DNA from: Cyanobacteriota bacterium
Lineage (GTDB): Bacteria; Cyanobacteriota; Cyanobacteriia; PCC-6307; Cyanobiaceae
Direction of reading: 5' to 3'
Length of the DNA stretch: 64,000 nucleotides
NCBI GenBank assembly: GCA_046052125.1
Contig: JBJOMY010000004.1
Coordinates: 64,001-128,000 of the forward strand
Shown: piece after piece, positions 1-13,178 of the stretch
Position numbering within the stretch: position 1 is the stretch's first letter
How the letters are laid out: the number at the start of each line of letters is the position of its first letter
Made by a program: the position numbers and the translations under genes
The notes under the pieces: model-generated
Seen by the model: only the letters and a program-made list of their open reading frames with translations
The model's database searches: none
What the model was told of the DNA's origin: nothing

Positions 1-766
<766 letters not shown>

Positions 767-772
767 TCGCGA

Positions 773-814
773 TGAGGTGAGCAGGTTGGGGCCCCTCCAA
801 CCCTGCTCACCTCA
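773..814 (+). terminator. Strong stem-loop after the subunit c gene (mRNA stabiliser or partial terminator)
   Basis: TGAGGTGAGCAGG ... CCTGCTCACCTCA 13-bp perfect arms plus inner TTGG/CCAA; no U-tract. Confidence 0.6.
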
Positions 815-874
815 CTGCTCCTTCAGCGCAAGACGCTTCAAGCGCCTGCTTTCACCCGCCCGCACCCCCGCTTC

Positions 875-1336
875 ATGACCAGCTGGCTTCTGCTTGGTGC
901 AACGGAGGGAGGTCTGTTTGACCTCGATGCCACCCTGCCGCTGATGGCGGTTCAGGTGGTGCTCCTCACCTTCATTCTCAACGCCCTGTTCTTCAGTCCC
1001 GTGGGTCGGGTTGTGGAAGAACGCGAGGGTTACGTCACGACCAGCCGCTCTGAGGCCAAGCAGAAGCTTGCTCAGGCTGAACGGTTGGAGGCGGACCTCA
1101 AGGACCAGCTCAAGGATGCCCGCCAGGCTGCCCAAAAGCTGATTCAGGAAGCCGAACAGGATTCCGACAAGCTCTATCGCGATGCCCTGGCTGCGGCAAC
1201 GGCCGATGCCAATGCCTCCCGAGAAAAGGCCCGCCGCGAGATCGATGCTCAGCGTGAGTCGGCCATGGGCCAGCTCAAAGCTGACGCCGACAAGCTCGGT
1301 GACCTGATCGTCGAACGTCTGCTGGCCGCCCGATGA
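875..1336 (+). CDS. atpF2: ATP synthase F0 subunit b'
   Basis: [17 protein letters not shown]-terminus, one TM helix plus coiled coil; operon position. Confidence 0.96.
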   Translation: MTSWLLLGATEGGLFDLDATLPLMAVQVVLLTFILNALFFSPVGRVVEEREGYVTTSRSEAKQKLAQAERLEADLKDQLKDARQAAQKLIQEAEQDSDKLYRDALAAATADANASREKARREIDAQRESAMGQLKADADKLGDLIVERLLAAR

Positions 1337-1850
1337 CCATTTCCGCTCTGCTCGCCACCCACGGCAGCTTCGGTCTGAACCTCAATGTGTTCGAGACCAA
1401 TATCGTCAACTTGGCGATCGTTATTTTCGGCCTCTACAAATTCCTCCCCAATTTCCTGGGTGGAATTCTGGAGCGTCGTCGCGCCATCATCCTTTCTGAG
1501 CTCAAGGATGCCGAGGAGCGTTTGGCTTCAGCCAACACATCCTTGGCTCAAGCCCAGAAGGACCTGGCTGCTGCCCAGCAAAAGGCAGAACAGATCCGTG
1601 CTGACGGCAAGGCCCGTGCTCAGGCCATTCGCCTCGACAGCGAGAAGCGCACCATCGAGGAGATGGCCCGTCTTAAGCAAGGTGCAGCGGCAGATCTCGA
1701 TGCCGAGGCAGCCCGGGTGACCAACCTTCTGCGCCGTGAAGCGGCCCGTCTGGCCATTGAAAAAGCTCTGGCCACGCTTCCCGCCAAGCTCGACGCCGAT
1801 GCCCAGGCAAAGCTGCTCAGTCAATCCATCAACACCCTGGGGAACGCCTG

Positions 1851-1851
<1 letters not shown>
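1333..1851 (+). CDS. atpF: ATP synthase F0 subunit b
   Basis: [15 protein letters not shown] motif, ATGA overlap with b'. Confidence 0.97.
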
Positions 1852-3969
<2,118 letters not shown>

Positions 3970-3999
3970 TCCTGACGGTTACCCCGGAGACCCCTTTCC

Positions 4000-4953
4000 A
4001 TGGCCAACCTCAAGGAGATCCGCGACAGGATCAGTTCGGTGAAGAACACCCGCAAGATCACCGAGGCCATGCGCCTGGTGGCCGCTGCGAAGGTGCGCCG
4101 TGCACAGGAGCAGGTGCTCCGTAGCCGTCCGTTCGCGGATCGTCTCGCCCGGATTCTGGAAAACCTCCAGACCCGCATGCAGTTCGAGTCGATGGATGCT
4201 CCCCTGCTCGAAAGCCGCGATGTGAGCACCATCACCCTGCTCGCCGTCACCGGCGATCGCGGTCTGTGCGGTGGCTACAACGCCAACATCATCAAGCGCA
4301 CCGAACAACGTCACGCTGAGCTCACCGCTCAGGGTTACAAGGTTGATCTGGTGTTGATCGGCCGCAAGGTGGCCACCTACTTCCAGAATCGCGCCAGCCA
4401 GTACAACATTCGCGCCACCTTCATGGGGCTCGAGCAGGTGCCCAATGCTTCCGAAGCGGGCAAGATCGCTGAGGAAGTGCTCGCCGAATTCCTCTCCGGC
4501 AGCACCGATCGTGTGGAGATCATCTTCACCAAGTTCATCAACCTGGTGAGCTCCAAGCCGGTGTCGCAGACCCTGCTGCCCCTGGATCCCCAGGGCATCG
4601 CCAGCCCGGATGATGAGATTTTCCGTCTCACCACCCGCGATGGTCAGCTGGGCGTGGAGAAGGGCAAGGTGGCCAACGAGCAACCGGCTCTTCCTTCCGA
4701 CCTGGTGTTCGAGCAGACCCCTGAGCAGCTGCTCAATGCTCTGCTGCCGCTGTATCTGCAAAACCAGCTGCTGCGCTCCCTTCAGGAAGCTGCCGCCTCT
4801 GAGCTGGCTAGCCGGATGACGGCCATGAACAACGCCAGCGATAACGCCAAGGCTCTCGCTAAGACCCTCACCCTCGACTACAACAAGGCCCGCCAGGCCG
4901 CCATTACCCAGGAGATCCTGGAAGTGGTTGGTGGCGCGGCGGCGATGTCCTAA
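4000..4953 (+). CDS. atpG: ATP synthase F1 gamma subunit
   Basis: [34 protein letters not shown]. Confidence 0.99.
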   Translation: MANLKEIRDRISSVKNTRKITEAMRLVAAAKVRRAQEQVLRSRPFADRLARILENLQTRMQFESMDAPLLESRDVSTITLLAVTGDRGLCGGYNANIIKRTEQRHAELTAQGYKVDLVLIGRKVATYFQNRASQYNIRATFMGLEQVPNASEAGKIAEEVLAEFLSGSTDRVEIIFTKFINLVSSKPVSQTLLPLDPQGIASPDDEIFRLTTRDGQLGVEKGKVANEQPALPSDLVFEQTPEQLLNALLPLYLQNQLLRSLQEAAASELASRMTAMNNASDNAKALAKTLTLDYNKARQAAITQEILEVVGGAAAMS

Positions 4954-4964
4954 TCGAGCGCTTC

Positions 4965-5040
4965 GCCAAACCAAAACCCCCTCGCCTTCGGCCGTTACCG
5001 CTACGCGGATACGGCCTGGTCGAGGGGGTTTTGGTTTGGC
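4965..5040. repeat. 76-bp nested inverted repeat; probable operon terminator and possibly a small dispersed repeat
   Basis: Perfect 20-bp arms GCCAAACCAAAACCCCCTCG (4965-4984) / CGAGGGGGTTTTGGTTTGGC (5021-5040) around inner GGCCGT..CCGC-TAC-GCGG..ACGGCC. Confidence 0.8.
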
Positions 5041-5102
5041 CGCCGTTTGGGAGATGTGTGAGTGGGCGGGGAGGATGAAGCAGGTGCTGCTGCTCTGTCG
5101 TC

Positions 5103-5831
5103 GTGACCATGGAACTGCAGGGGTTGTTCCCGTTGGCGTTGGCGCGGGTGCAGTTGCGGCTGGATCCGTGGGATCTGGCGTTGCTGATGCAGGAGGTGTT
5201 GGCGCTGCGGGGTGAGGCGGAGGGGAACCCCGAGCCTGGTTGCGCCTGGACCGGCGACATCAATGGGATCTGGCAGCTGCATCGGCTTGAGGCCTTTGCC
5301 TCGATTACGGCCGAGGTGCAACGGCAGGCTTGGCTGTATCTGCAGGAGCTGGGCTTTCAGCCCGGCCAGGTGGCCCTGCACATCCAACGTTCTTGGCCGG
5401 TGGTGAGTGAGGCCGGTCAGTTGGTGGGGCGCCACCATCACCCCAATGCCCACCTCAGTGCCGTGCTCTATCTCAACGGCGATGGCAGCGGGCGCAGTGG
5501 TTGTCTGCGGTTGTTCCCGCCGCGGCAACTGAATGAGTTGGTGCCGGGGTTGGCGGTGGGCCATGGCGGCCCGATCGACACCACCAGTTCAGGCGGCCAG
5601 CGTTGGAATGCCCCTTGGCTTGATGTGGCCCCGCAAGCTGGATTGCTGGTGTTTTTCCCGGCTCAGACCGACCACGCCGTGACGCCAAACGACGACTGCG
5701 ACGATCTGCGCCTCTCCCTTGCCTTTGACCTGGCCCTCACAGCCCCGCTCGCCTCAGCGGATGCCGCGGCCCCGCCGGAGTATCTGGCTCCCCATCCCGC
5801 CCAGTGGAGTGAGGTGCCTGCAGACGGTTAG
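5103..5831 (+). CDS. Putative 2OG-Fe(II) oxygenase (TIGR02466-like)
   Basis: HHHPNAHLSAVLYL, FFPAQTDHAVTPN, RLSLAFD motifs. Confidence 0.8.
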   Translation: MTMELQGLFPLALARVQLRLDPWDLALLMQEVLALRGEAEGNPEPGCAWTGDINGIWQLHRLEAFASITAEVQRQAWLYLQELGFQPGQVALHIQRSWPVVSEAGQLVGRHHHPNAHLSAVLYLNGDGSGRSGCLRLFPPRQLNELVPGLAVGHGGPIDTTSSGGQRWNAPWLDVAPQAGLLVFFPAQTDHAVTPNDDCDDLRLSLAFDLALTAPLASADAAAPPEYLAPHPAQWSEVPADG

Positions 5832-5887
5832 CGGTTCGGCGATCCGGGACAATGAACGGCCACCAGCCCCAGCTGCCGCTGCGCCCC

Positions 5888-6211
5888 ATGAGCGACACCT
5901 TCACCGTTGTCTGTGAGATCAACGGCACCAGCCACAGCTTCAGCTGCAGCCCTGATCAGACCGTGCTGGCCGCCGCCGAAGCCGCCGGGGTGGACCTGCC
6001 CAGTTCCTGTTGCTCCGGTGTGTGCACCACCTGTGCCGCGCGCATTCACGAAGGCACCGTGCACCAGCCGGATGCCATGGGCGTGAAGGCCGAGCTGCAG
6101 GAGCAGGGCTACGCATTGCTCTGTGTGGCCTTCCCGCGCAGTGATCTCAAGCTCACCGCCGGCCAGGAAGATGCCCTCTACGAAGCTCAGTTCGGTCAGT
6201 ACCAGAAGTGA
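5888..6211 (+). CDS. Plant-type [2Fe-2S] ferredoxin (minor, divergent from PetF)
   Basis: SCCSGVCTTC...LLCVAFPRSD; ATG at 5888 preferred over 5852. Confidence 0.93.
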   Translation: MSDTFTVVCEINGTSHSFSCSPDQTVLAAAEAAGVDLPSSCCSGVCTTCAARIHEGTVHQPDAMGVKAELQEQGYALLCVAFPRSDLKLTAGQEDALYEAQFGQYQK

Positions 6212-6417
6212 GCCTTGGCGAGCTGCGCCCCGTGTTGCTGCAGTTGGAGCGCCGGCCCGGTTCCCTGCGCGCACAGGTGGAGTCGGCGTTACTGCACCAC
6301 GGCCAACCTTTGCGCTGGGCGATTACGGCCGTTGATCAATCGGCTGAGGGGCGCTCCCTGCTGCAGATCGAAGCCGTCGTGATCGGCGCGATCGATCCCC
6401 AGAGCAGCGAGGCCTGA
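6208..6417 (+). CDS. Small conserved cyanobacterial protein
   Basis: GQPLRWAITAV motif; overlaps both neighbours (translational coupling). Confidence 0.8.
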   Translation: MSLGELRPVLLQLERRPGSLRAQVESALLHHGQPLRWAITAVDQSAEGRSLLQIEAVVIGAIDPQSSEA

Positions 6418-7478
6418 TGGGATCAGCTGCGCCCTTGCCCACGTTGCTGGTGATCCCCACGGGGATCGGTTGTGCCGTGGGCGGCTTTGCCGGCGATGCG
6501 CTGCCTGCTGCCCGTTTGCTTGCAGCGGCCAGTGATTGCCTGATCACCCATCCCAACGTGATGAATGGGGCAGCGCTCTATTGGAGTGATCCCCGCATTC
6601 ACTACGTGGAGGGCTCGAGCCTCGATCGCTTCGCGGCTGGGGAGCTGCTTCTCCAGCCGGTGCGGCAACAGCGGGTGGGTTTGCTGCTTGATGCCGGCAT
6701 TGAGCCCGAGTTGCGTCAGCGCCACCTACAGGTGGCGGATGGTTGCCGCGCCACGCTCGGCTTGAACATTGGCCCGGTGGTCACCACCGATATGCCCTTG
6801 GAGGTGAGCCTCAGCCTGGGTGCCAGCGGCGTGAGTTGGGGGCAGCTCAGGCGCCCTGATGCCTTGCTGCGGGCGGGGGAGCAGCTCAAGGCGGCCGGCG
6901 CCACCGCCATTGCAGTGGTGGCGCGCTTTCCCGATGACCCTGAGAGCGAAGCATTGGCTGCCTACCGGCAGGGCAGCGGTGTGGATGCCCTGGCCGGCGC
7001 GGAAGCCGTGATCAGCCATCTGCTCAGCCGAGAGCTCGGCTTGCCCTGCGCCCATGCCCCAGCCTTGAGTCCGCTGCCGTTGGATCCCGACCTTGATCCC
7101 CGGGCCGCAGGCGAGGAATTGGGCTTCACCTTCCTGCCGTGTGTGTTGGTGGGGCTGAGTCGAGCTCCTTCTCTGCTGCCGGCAGATGCCCCAGCTGTTG
7201 CAGGTGTTTCTCCCCTCGCAATCGATGCGGTCGGCGCGGTGATCGCCCCGGCTGCTGCGCTGGGGGGCGCGGCGGTGCTGGCCTGCGCTGAGCGCGGTAT
7301 CCCGGTGATTGCTGTCGATAACCCCTGCTTGCTCAACGTCACCGCTGAATCCCTGGGGCTGGAGGCGATTCCCGCCGCCAGCTACAGCGATGCGGCGGGC
7401 TTGGTGTTGGCCCTGCGGGAGGGGATTGCGCCGGCCGCCTTGCGGCGACCGTTGCCCCCGTTGTCGGCGCGGCCCTGA
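6417..7478 (+). CDS. DUF3326 family protein
   Basis: IPTGIGCAVGGFAGDA, ITHPNVMNGA, GVDALAGAEAVISH. Confidence 0.92.
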   Translation: MGSAAPLPTLLVIPTGIGCAVGGFAGDALPAARLLAAASDCLITHPNVMNGAALYWSDPRIHYVEGSSLDRFAAGELLLQPVRQQRVGLLLDAGIEPELRQRHLQVADGCRATLGLNIGPVVTTDMPLEVSLSLGASGVSWGQLRRPDALLRAGEQLKAAGATAIAVVARFPDDPESEALAAYRQGSGVDALAGAEAVISHLLSRELGLPCAHAPALSPLPLDPDLDPRAAGEELGFTFLPCVLVGLSRAPSLLPADAPAVAGVSPLAIDAVGAVIAPAAALGGAAVLACAERGIPVIAVDNPCLLNVTAESLGLEAIPAASYSDAAGLVLALREGIAPAALRRPLPPLSARP

Positions 7479-7915
7479 TGGCGGGTTTCGCGACGGCCGG
7501 ATCGGCACAACAGCCTTGCCCTTGTGGCGGCGGCCCCTACAACCGCTGTTGCCGGCCCCTGCATCGCCAGGAGCGGTTGGCAGACACCGCGGAGCAGCTG
7601 ATGCGTTCTCGTTACAGCGCTTTTGCGCTTGGGGAGATCCAGCACCTGTTGTGCACCCAGCCCTCGGATCAACCCCTCGAGCAGCGGCGCCGCTCCCTGC
7701 AAGCCACCTGCCGCCAGCTCCGCTGGCGCGAGCTGGTGATCGTGGCTGCCGAGGCCGGCGGTGTGGGTGATCTCGAAGGCACCGTGCGCTTCGAGGCCCA
7801 CTACAGCGCCGCGGGTGAGCGAGGTGTGTTGCGGGAGTGCTCCCGGTTCGGCCGCGAGGGCGGCCGGCCCGATGGCGCCTGGCTCTACCTCGAGGCGCTC
7901 GAGCTCAATGACTAA
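7478..7915 (+). CDS. YchJ / SEC-C motif protein
   Basis: CPCGGGPYNRCC, TAEQLMRSRYSAF, GTVRFEAHY, W-Y C-terminus. Confidence 0.9.
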   Translation: MAGFATAGSAQQPCPCGGGPYNRCCRPLHRQERLADTAEQLMRSRYSAFALGEIQHLLCTQPSDQPLEQRRRSLQATCRQLRWRELVIVAAEAGGVGDLEGTVRFEAHYSAAGERGVLRECSRFGREGGRPDGAWLYLEALELND

Positions 7916-8207
7916 GGCTGGAGCAGATTCGCTCCAGCACAGAAGCGCAGCGGGTGCTCGAGCGGGCCATGCACTCACCACTGAGCGTTTCCAGCCACAG
8001 TTCGCCGGTGCTGGCGATGTCGCTCCAGTCGGCCCACACCCGCACGTAGTCGTTCACGCGGCGGCCGGAGCAGGGGCGCTCGATCGCCATCAGGGTGCGC
8101 TGGTCGGGCTGCTCTACCTCGAGGCCGAGCTGCTCCAGCAGCGGCCTGAGCAACTCCCCAGGGGAGCTGGAGTTGTGGAAGGGAACGAGGGCGCGGCAAT
8201 AAGCCAT
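7905..8207 (-). CDS. Hypothetical protein
   Basis: 100-aa ORF filling the gap downstream of ald on the same strand. Confidence 0.65.
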   Translation of the reverse strand: MAYCRALVPFHNSSSPGELLRPLLEQLGLEVEQPDQRTLMAIERPCSGRRVNDYVRVWADWSDIASTGELWLETLSGECMARSSTRCASVLERICSSLSH

Positions 8208-8297
8208 GGCGCTGGCGCGAAAAGGGCCGTGACTTCAACCTATGGATGCAGGCCAGATCGCCATGCGGGCTGCGCGGAATGATTTCCACTTCCCGCA

Positions 8298-9431
8298 TCA
8301 ATGCAGGCAGGCCATGGGATGGCGGGTGGGCAGTCCCAGGGCTTTGGCTACACCTGGATGACAGACGGCTCCGCCCACGGTGTTGAGGCCAGACACCAGT
8401 TCAGGCCTTTCCGTGACCGCCTCCACCAGACCCCTTCCGGCCACCGCCAGCACGTAGGGCAGGGTGACACTCACGAGCGCTTCGGTGGAGGTGAACGGCA
8501 CCGCGCCGGGCATGTTGCCCACGGCGTAGTGCTGCACCCCGTGGATCGTGACCACCGGATTGGTGTGGGTGGTTTCGCGGCTGGTGGCGATGCAGCCCCC
8601 TTGATCGATCGCTACATCCACGATCACCGAGCCCGGTTGCATGCGGCTCACCAGCTCCTCCTCCACCAGGGTCGGCGCTCGATCGCCAGGCAACAGCACC
8701 GCACCGATCAACAGGTCAGCGCTCGGGACCAGCCGCTCCAGCAGTCCGCGACTGCTCACCAAGCTCACGAGTCGGCCCTGCCGCTGGCTTTCCAACCGGC
8801 GGAGCCGTTCGGGGGAGAGGTCGAGCAGGAATACCTCCGCATCCATCGCCGCCGCCAGGCGGGCGGCATTCCAACCCACGCTTCCCGCTCCTAGCACTAC
8901 CACCCGTGCCGGTCGAACCCCAGTGCAACCGCCGATCAATACGCCACGGCCGCCATGGGGTTGCTCCAACAAGTGGGCGCCCACTTGAGCCGCCAAGCGC
9001 CCGGCGATCTCACTCATCGGTGCCAACAGCGGCAGACTGCCATCGGCGAGTTGCACGGTTTCGTAGGCGATCGAGGTAGTGCCGGCCTTCAGCAGCGCCT
9101 CCCCAACGGCCGGGTAGGCCGCCAGATGCAGGTAGGTGAACAGCACCAGATCTGGGCGCAAATAGCCGAACTCTTCGGCCTGCGGTTCCTTCACCTTCAC
9201 CACCAGATGAGCGGCCCAGGCATCTGAGCGGTTCACCAAGGTTGCGCCGGCGGCCTCGAAGGCGTCGTCGCTGATGCCAGCGCCCTGCCCCGCCCCCTGT
9301 TCGATCCGCACCTGTAGGCCATGGCTCACCAGCTCGCGCACCGCATCGGGCGTGAGCGCCACACGCCGCTCATCGGGCTTGATCTCCCGCGGCACGCCGA
9401 TGCTGGCGATCGGGGCGATGGAGCCGGCCAT
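8298..9431 (-). CDS. ald: Alanine dehydrogenase
   Basis: GVPREIKPDERRVALTP, KVKEP, FTYLHLAA, PMSEIAGR, DVAIDQGGC. Confidence 0.97.
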   Translation of the reverse strand: MAGSIAPIASIGVPREIKPDERRVALTPDAVRELVSHGLQVRIEQGAGQGAGISDDAFEAAGATLVNRSDAWAAHLVVKVKEPQAEEFGYLRPDLVLFTYLHLAAYPAVGEALLKAGTTSIAYETVQLADGSLPLLAPMSEIAGRLAAQVGAHLLEQPHGGRGVLIGGCTGVRPARVVVLGAGSVGWNAARLAAAMDAEVFLLDLSPERLRRLESQRQGRLVSLVSSRGLLERLVPSADLLIGAVLLPGDRAPTLVEEELVSRMQPGSVIVDVAIDQGGCIATSRETTHTNPVVTIHGVQHYAVGNMPGAVPFTSTEALVSVTLPYVLAVAGRGLVEAVTERPELVSGLNTVGGAVCHPGVAKALGLPTRHPMACLH

Positions 9432-9500
9432 GGGGCGCGAGCGGGGCTGATCAGCCTTCAGCTTGGCGCTGGCAATGGGGGTTGGCTACCTGCCGTGCGC

Positions 9501-11204
9501 TCAGCGTGCAGCGATGGGCATCCGCCAGCCGCTGCCGAAGGAGCGTTTGCTGAGCTTCAGCACCGGCGGCGCCTGGCGGCGTTTGAATTCCGCCCGCCGC
9601 AGCAGCCCCATCACCCGCTCGGCCAAGGCCGCATCCACGCCGTTGTGGATGAGGTCTTCAGGGCTTTGATGCTCCTCTAAAAGTGCCTGCAGCAGGGGAT
9701 CCAACACCGCGTAATCCGGGAGTGAATCGCTGTCGCGTTGATCCGGCCGCAGCTCAGCGCTTGGGGGTTTCTCGCGAATCGCCGCGCCCACCAGCTCCCC
9801 CTCACTCGGCAGCCCCAGGCTGCGGCGGCATGCGGCCGAAGCCGGCGCATCGATCCAGGCACACAGGCGAAACACCGTGGTCTTGTAGAGGTCGCCGATC
9901 ACGGCCAGCCCGCCGTTCATGTCGCCATAGAGGGTGCAGTAGCCGACTGCCAGCTCTGATTTGTTGCCCGTGGAGAGGAGCAGTTGGCCCTGCTCGTTGG
10001 CCACCGCCATCAGTAGCGTGCCGCGGATGCGTGATTGCAGGTTTTCGGCCGTTAATCCCGTTGGTCCGCCGTTGAGCGGAGCGGCGAGGGCGGTATCGAA
10101 GGTTGCCATCAGCGGCTCGATCGGCACCGTTTCGGTGGCGATGCCCAGCCGCTTGGCGAGGGCAAGGGAGTCGTTGATCGAGCCCTCCGAGCTCCAGGGT
10201 GACGGCATCAGCAGCGCCTGCACGTTGTTCGGCCCCAGGGCAGCCGCAGCAATCACGGCCACGAGGGCTGAATCAATGCCGCCGCTCAGCCCCAGGAGGG
10301 CTTGCTGAAAACCGCATTTGCGGGCGTAGTCGCGCACCCCCAAAACCAGGGAGCGCAGGAGCAGCTCCTCGGTGCCGGGCAGGCTCAGGTCCTTGGCAGT
10401 TGATTGCTCCGGGGCTTTGGCCGTCGTGCTGATCTCCCAGACGCCGAGATCTGCGGCGGCAAAGGCCAACTGGCAGACCACATCCCCTGCGGCGCTCGTG
10501 ATGAAGCTGCCACCGTCGAACACCAGTTCGTCGTTGCCGCCCACTTGGTTCACGTACACCACCGGGCAGTGGAGCCGTTTAGCGGCGGCGGCGGCCAACT
10601 CACGGCGCAGCTGCGCTTTGCCTTGCCCGAAGGGAGAGGCCGAGAGGTTGAGCAGCAGATCGGGTTGCAGCGCCTGCAGATCCGCCACCGGGTCGCCGCC
10701 GAGCAGCCGCTGTTCATGCAGCTCCTCTTCCACCCACAGGTCTTCGCAGAGGGTGAGGCCGAGCCGCCAAGGGCGGCCGTCGCCCTCCAGCTCCAGCAGA
10801 CAGGCTTGATCGGCAGGGCGGAAGTACCGCCGCTCATCAAACACGTCGTAGCTGGGCAGCAGGCGCTTGCGCGCCACCACACGCCACTGGCCGCCCTCCA
10901 CGAGCGCGGCGCTGTTGAACAGATCGGGTTGCTGGCCGTCGCTCACCGTTTCGCTGATGCCCAGCACCAGGGCCAGCCCTTCCGGCAGTTCAGCCGCCAG
11001 CTGATCGAGCACCTGCTGCTGGCGTTCGCGCAGGGCTGGCCGCAGCAGCAGGTCGCGGGGTGGGTATCCCCAGAGCGCCAGCTCCGGTGCCACCACCAGG
11101 CTGGCGGCCTCGGCAGCCGCACGCCGGCAGGCGTCGAGCAGCAGATCACCATTGCCTGCCAGGTCGCCCACCACGGGATTGATCTGGGCGAGGGCAAGAC
11201 GCAT
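9501..11204 (-). CDS. nadE: Glutamine-dependent NAD+ synthetase
   Basis: N-terminal CN-hydrolase domain plus SGGIDS, ENLQSRIRG, GNKSE, PPSAELRPDQ. Confidence 0.97.
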   Translation of the reverse strand: MRLALAQINPVVGDLAGNGDLLLDACRRAAAEAASLVVAPELALWGYPPRDLLLRPALRERQQQVLDQLAAELPEGLALVLGISETVSDGQQPDLFNSAALVEGGQWRVVARKRLLPSYDVFDERRYFRPADQACLLELEGDGRPWRLGLTLCEDLWVEEELHEQRLLGGDPVADLQALQPDLLLNLSASPFGQGKAQLRRELAAAAAKRLHCPVVYVNQVGGNDELVFDGGSFITSAAGDVVCQLAFAAADLGVWEISTTAKAPEQSTAKDLSLPGTEELLLRSLVLGVRDYARKCGFQQALLGLSGGIDSALVAVIAAAALGPNNVQALLMPSPWSSEGSINDSLALAKRLGIATETVPIEPLMATFDTALAAPLNGGPTGLTAENLQSRIRGTLLMAVANEQGQLLLSTGNKSELAVGYCTLYGDMNGGLAVIGDLYKTTVFRLCAWIDAPASAACRRSLGLPSEGELVGAAIREKPPSAELRPDQRDSDSLPDYAVLDPLLQALLEEHQSPEDLIHNGVDAALAERVMGLLRRAEFKRRQAPPVLKLSKRSFGSGWRMPIAAR

Positions 11205-11797
11205 CAGCGGGGCGTGCGGGAGGGCTCTTGCCCCAGGCCGTAGAGATTGTGCTTGACCAGTTCGGCCCAGAGCGCGGCTGGCACCTGTTCGGGGCTCGGG
11301 TGGCGGCGGATCGCTGAACTGGCGGTGGCGGGTACCGGCAGGTGCACCAGTTCTATCTGGCCCCCCAGCGCTTCGATCGTTGCCAGGGCCTTGGGATCCA
11401 GCGGGAATCCCTGGCGGGGCACCACCGCCAGCCGGCAGTGCTGCAACAGCTCCGCCGCTCGATACCAGCTGGGCACTTGAGCGGCCAGATCACCCCCCAC
11501 CACGAACACCAACGCGTGGCCGGGCCAGAGCTCGGCGGCGCGGGTCACGGTGTCCAGGGCGCGGGGGCTGCTGAGCGCCTGGCGATGGTGGATGCGCGGA
11601 TCAGCGAGGTCTTGCACCAGCGCCTCGAGCAGCTGGGCGCGCACGGCCAGGGGAGCACCGTGCTGTTTCAAGGGGTTGTCACTGGCCCAGGTCACCACCT
11701 GGCCGTAGTGCTCTGCTAATCCCGCCAGCAGGGCGCGATGTCCTTCGGTGGGCGGATCGGCACTGGTGCCCAGCAGCGCCAGGGTGGGCTGGCTCAT
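11204..11797 (-). CDS. nadD: Nicotinate-nucleotide adenylyltransferase
   Basis: LGTSADPPTEGH (cyanobacterial HxGH variant), SDNPLK, ASSAIR; ATGA overlap at 11794-11797. Confidence 0.93.
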   Translation of the reverse strand: MSQPTLALLGTSADPPTEGHRALLAGLAEHYGQVVTWASDNPLKQHGAPLAVRAQLLEALVQDLADPRIHHRQALSSPRALDTVTRAAELWPGHALVFVVGGDLAAQVPSWYRAAELLQHCRLAVVPRQGFPLDPKALATIEALGGQIELVHLPVPATASSAIRRHPSPEQVPAALWAELVKHNLYGLGQEPSRTPR

Positions 11798-13152
11798 GGC
11801 AGCAGCGGCTTCAGGGTTTGCGGCCTGGCTTCCAGCTCCCGCCACTGCTGCAGCCAGGAGCGCGCCTGGGGATCCTGCTGCGCGAGGCGGCGCAGCAGCG
11901 AGGCCGGCCGCAACCGCCCCCGTTCAGCACTCCGCAGCAGTTCGGCTGCAGCCAGCCGGCCCGTGAGCCGGGTGGTGTGCACCGCCAGCGCCGCCTGGGC
12001 GAGGGCCACCGGTGCGGCGGGGGCCAAACTCAGCCCACCGCTGAAGGGAGCAGCCAGCGTCAGCACCTGGCGCAGCCCCCCCAGCAAGAGCTGAATCCCC
12101 AGCTGGGTGCCGCCGAGCAGAGCGTTCTGGGCCGAGAGGCGCGTGAGCAGGGCCCGGGCCCCGCCACCGCCGAGTTCCAGCCCGTAGAGATCGCAGAGCT
12201 GCACCACCAGCGCTGTATCGAGGGCCAGGCCGCCGGCCAAATCCAAGAGCAGCAAGGGATTGGCGGCTACGCCGGTGGCCTTGAGAGCGGCGTAGCGCCC
12301 GATCAGGGCCTGGGCGCCCTCGCGGCCGCGCCGCAGCCGCCACTGATGCAGCCGCTGGGCGAAGCGATCGGCTGCCCGCAGCCCGTTCAGCCCCAGGAGC
12401 AGGGCGCCGTGCTGCTCCAGCAGATCGATCAAGGCCTGGCGCAGCGGTGCCACCTGGGGGGGCATCGGTTCACTGCGCACGCGCCCGTCATCCAGCACCA
12501 AGGCGCGCCGAGGGGCTGAGGCCACCGCCAACAGTTCCAGGTGCCGTGCCGCGGCAGGAAGACGGCGGCGAATGCTGGTGATCAGCGCGTCGCGTTCGCC
12601 CTGGGGCCAGCAATCGATGCGGTTGAGCACCAGCAGCACCGGTTTGCCGGCCGCCAGCAGTTGCTCGAGGGCTTCCGCCTCTGGGGTGGTGAGATCGCTG
12701 TCGAGCACCAGCAGCACCAGATCGGCACCGATGGCCACGCGCGCGGCCAGCCGTTGCCGAGCTCGAGCCGCGATTTCATCGATGCCAGGGGTATCCACCA
12801 GGTCCACCCCCGCGAGCCCGCGGATGGCGACGTCCCAGGGCTGGCGCTGTTGGTGGCGGGTGCAGCCATGGGCCACGTCGGTGGCGAAGGCGGCTTGGCC
12901 CAGCAGGGCATTGAGCAGGCTGGATTTGCCTACGCCCACGCGGCCGAACACAGCAACCCGCAGTCGCCGCTGATGCAGCGCCAACAGCTGTTGATCGAGG
13001 GCCTGCAGCTCAGGACTCAGCGCACTGCGCTCGCGATCGCTCAGCCGCAGCCCACTGCGCCACTCGCCCAGCAGCAGCTCGCAACGCTCAGCAGTGGAGG
13101 GTTGGCGCAAGGGCGGCGGTGGGTACGCCATGCATTGAAGCGGTTGTGCCAT
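11794..13152 (-). CDS. Era-like GTP-binding protein with DUF697 C-terminal domain (start uncertain: 13132/13152/13167)
   Basis: GRVGVGKSS, DTPG, NRID G-motifs; VAANPLLLLD C-terminal region. Confidence 0.88.
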   Translation of the reverse strand: MAQPLQCMAYPPPPLRQPSTAERCELLLGEWRSGLRLSDRERSALSPELQALDQQLLALHQRRLRVAVFGRVGVGKSSLLNALLGQAAFATDVAHGCTRHQQRQPWDVAIRGLAGVDLVDTPGIDEIAARARQRLAARVAIGADLVLLVLDSDLTTPEAEALEQLLAAGKPVLLVLNRIDCWPQGERDALITSIRRRLPAAARHLELLAVASAPRRALVLDDGRVRSEPMPPQVAPLRQALIDLLEQHGALLLGLNGLRAADRFAQRLHQWRLRRGREGAQALIGRYAALKATGVAANPLLLLDLAGGLALDTALVVQLCDLYGLELGGGGARALLTRLSAQNALLGGTQLGIQLLLGGLRQVLTLAAPFSGGLSLAPAAPVALAQAALAVHTTRLTGRLAAAELLRSAERGRLRPASLLRRLAQQDPQARSWLQQWRELEARPQTLKPLLP

Positions 13153-13178
13153 CGTCGCGCTCAGCACCGCTCACCCCC

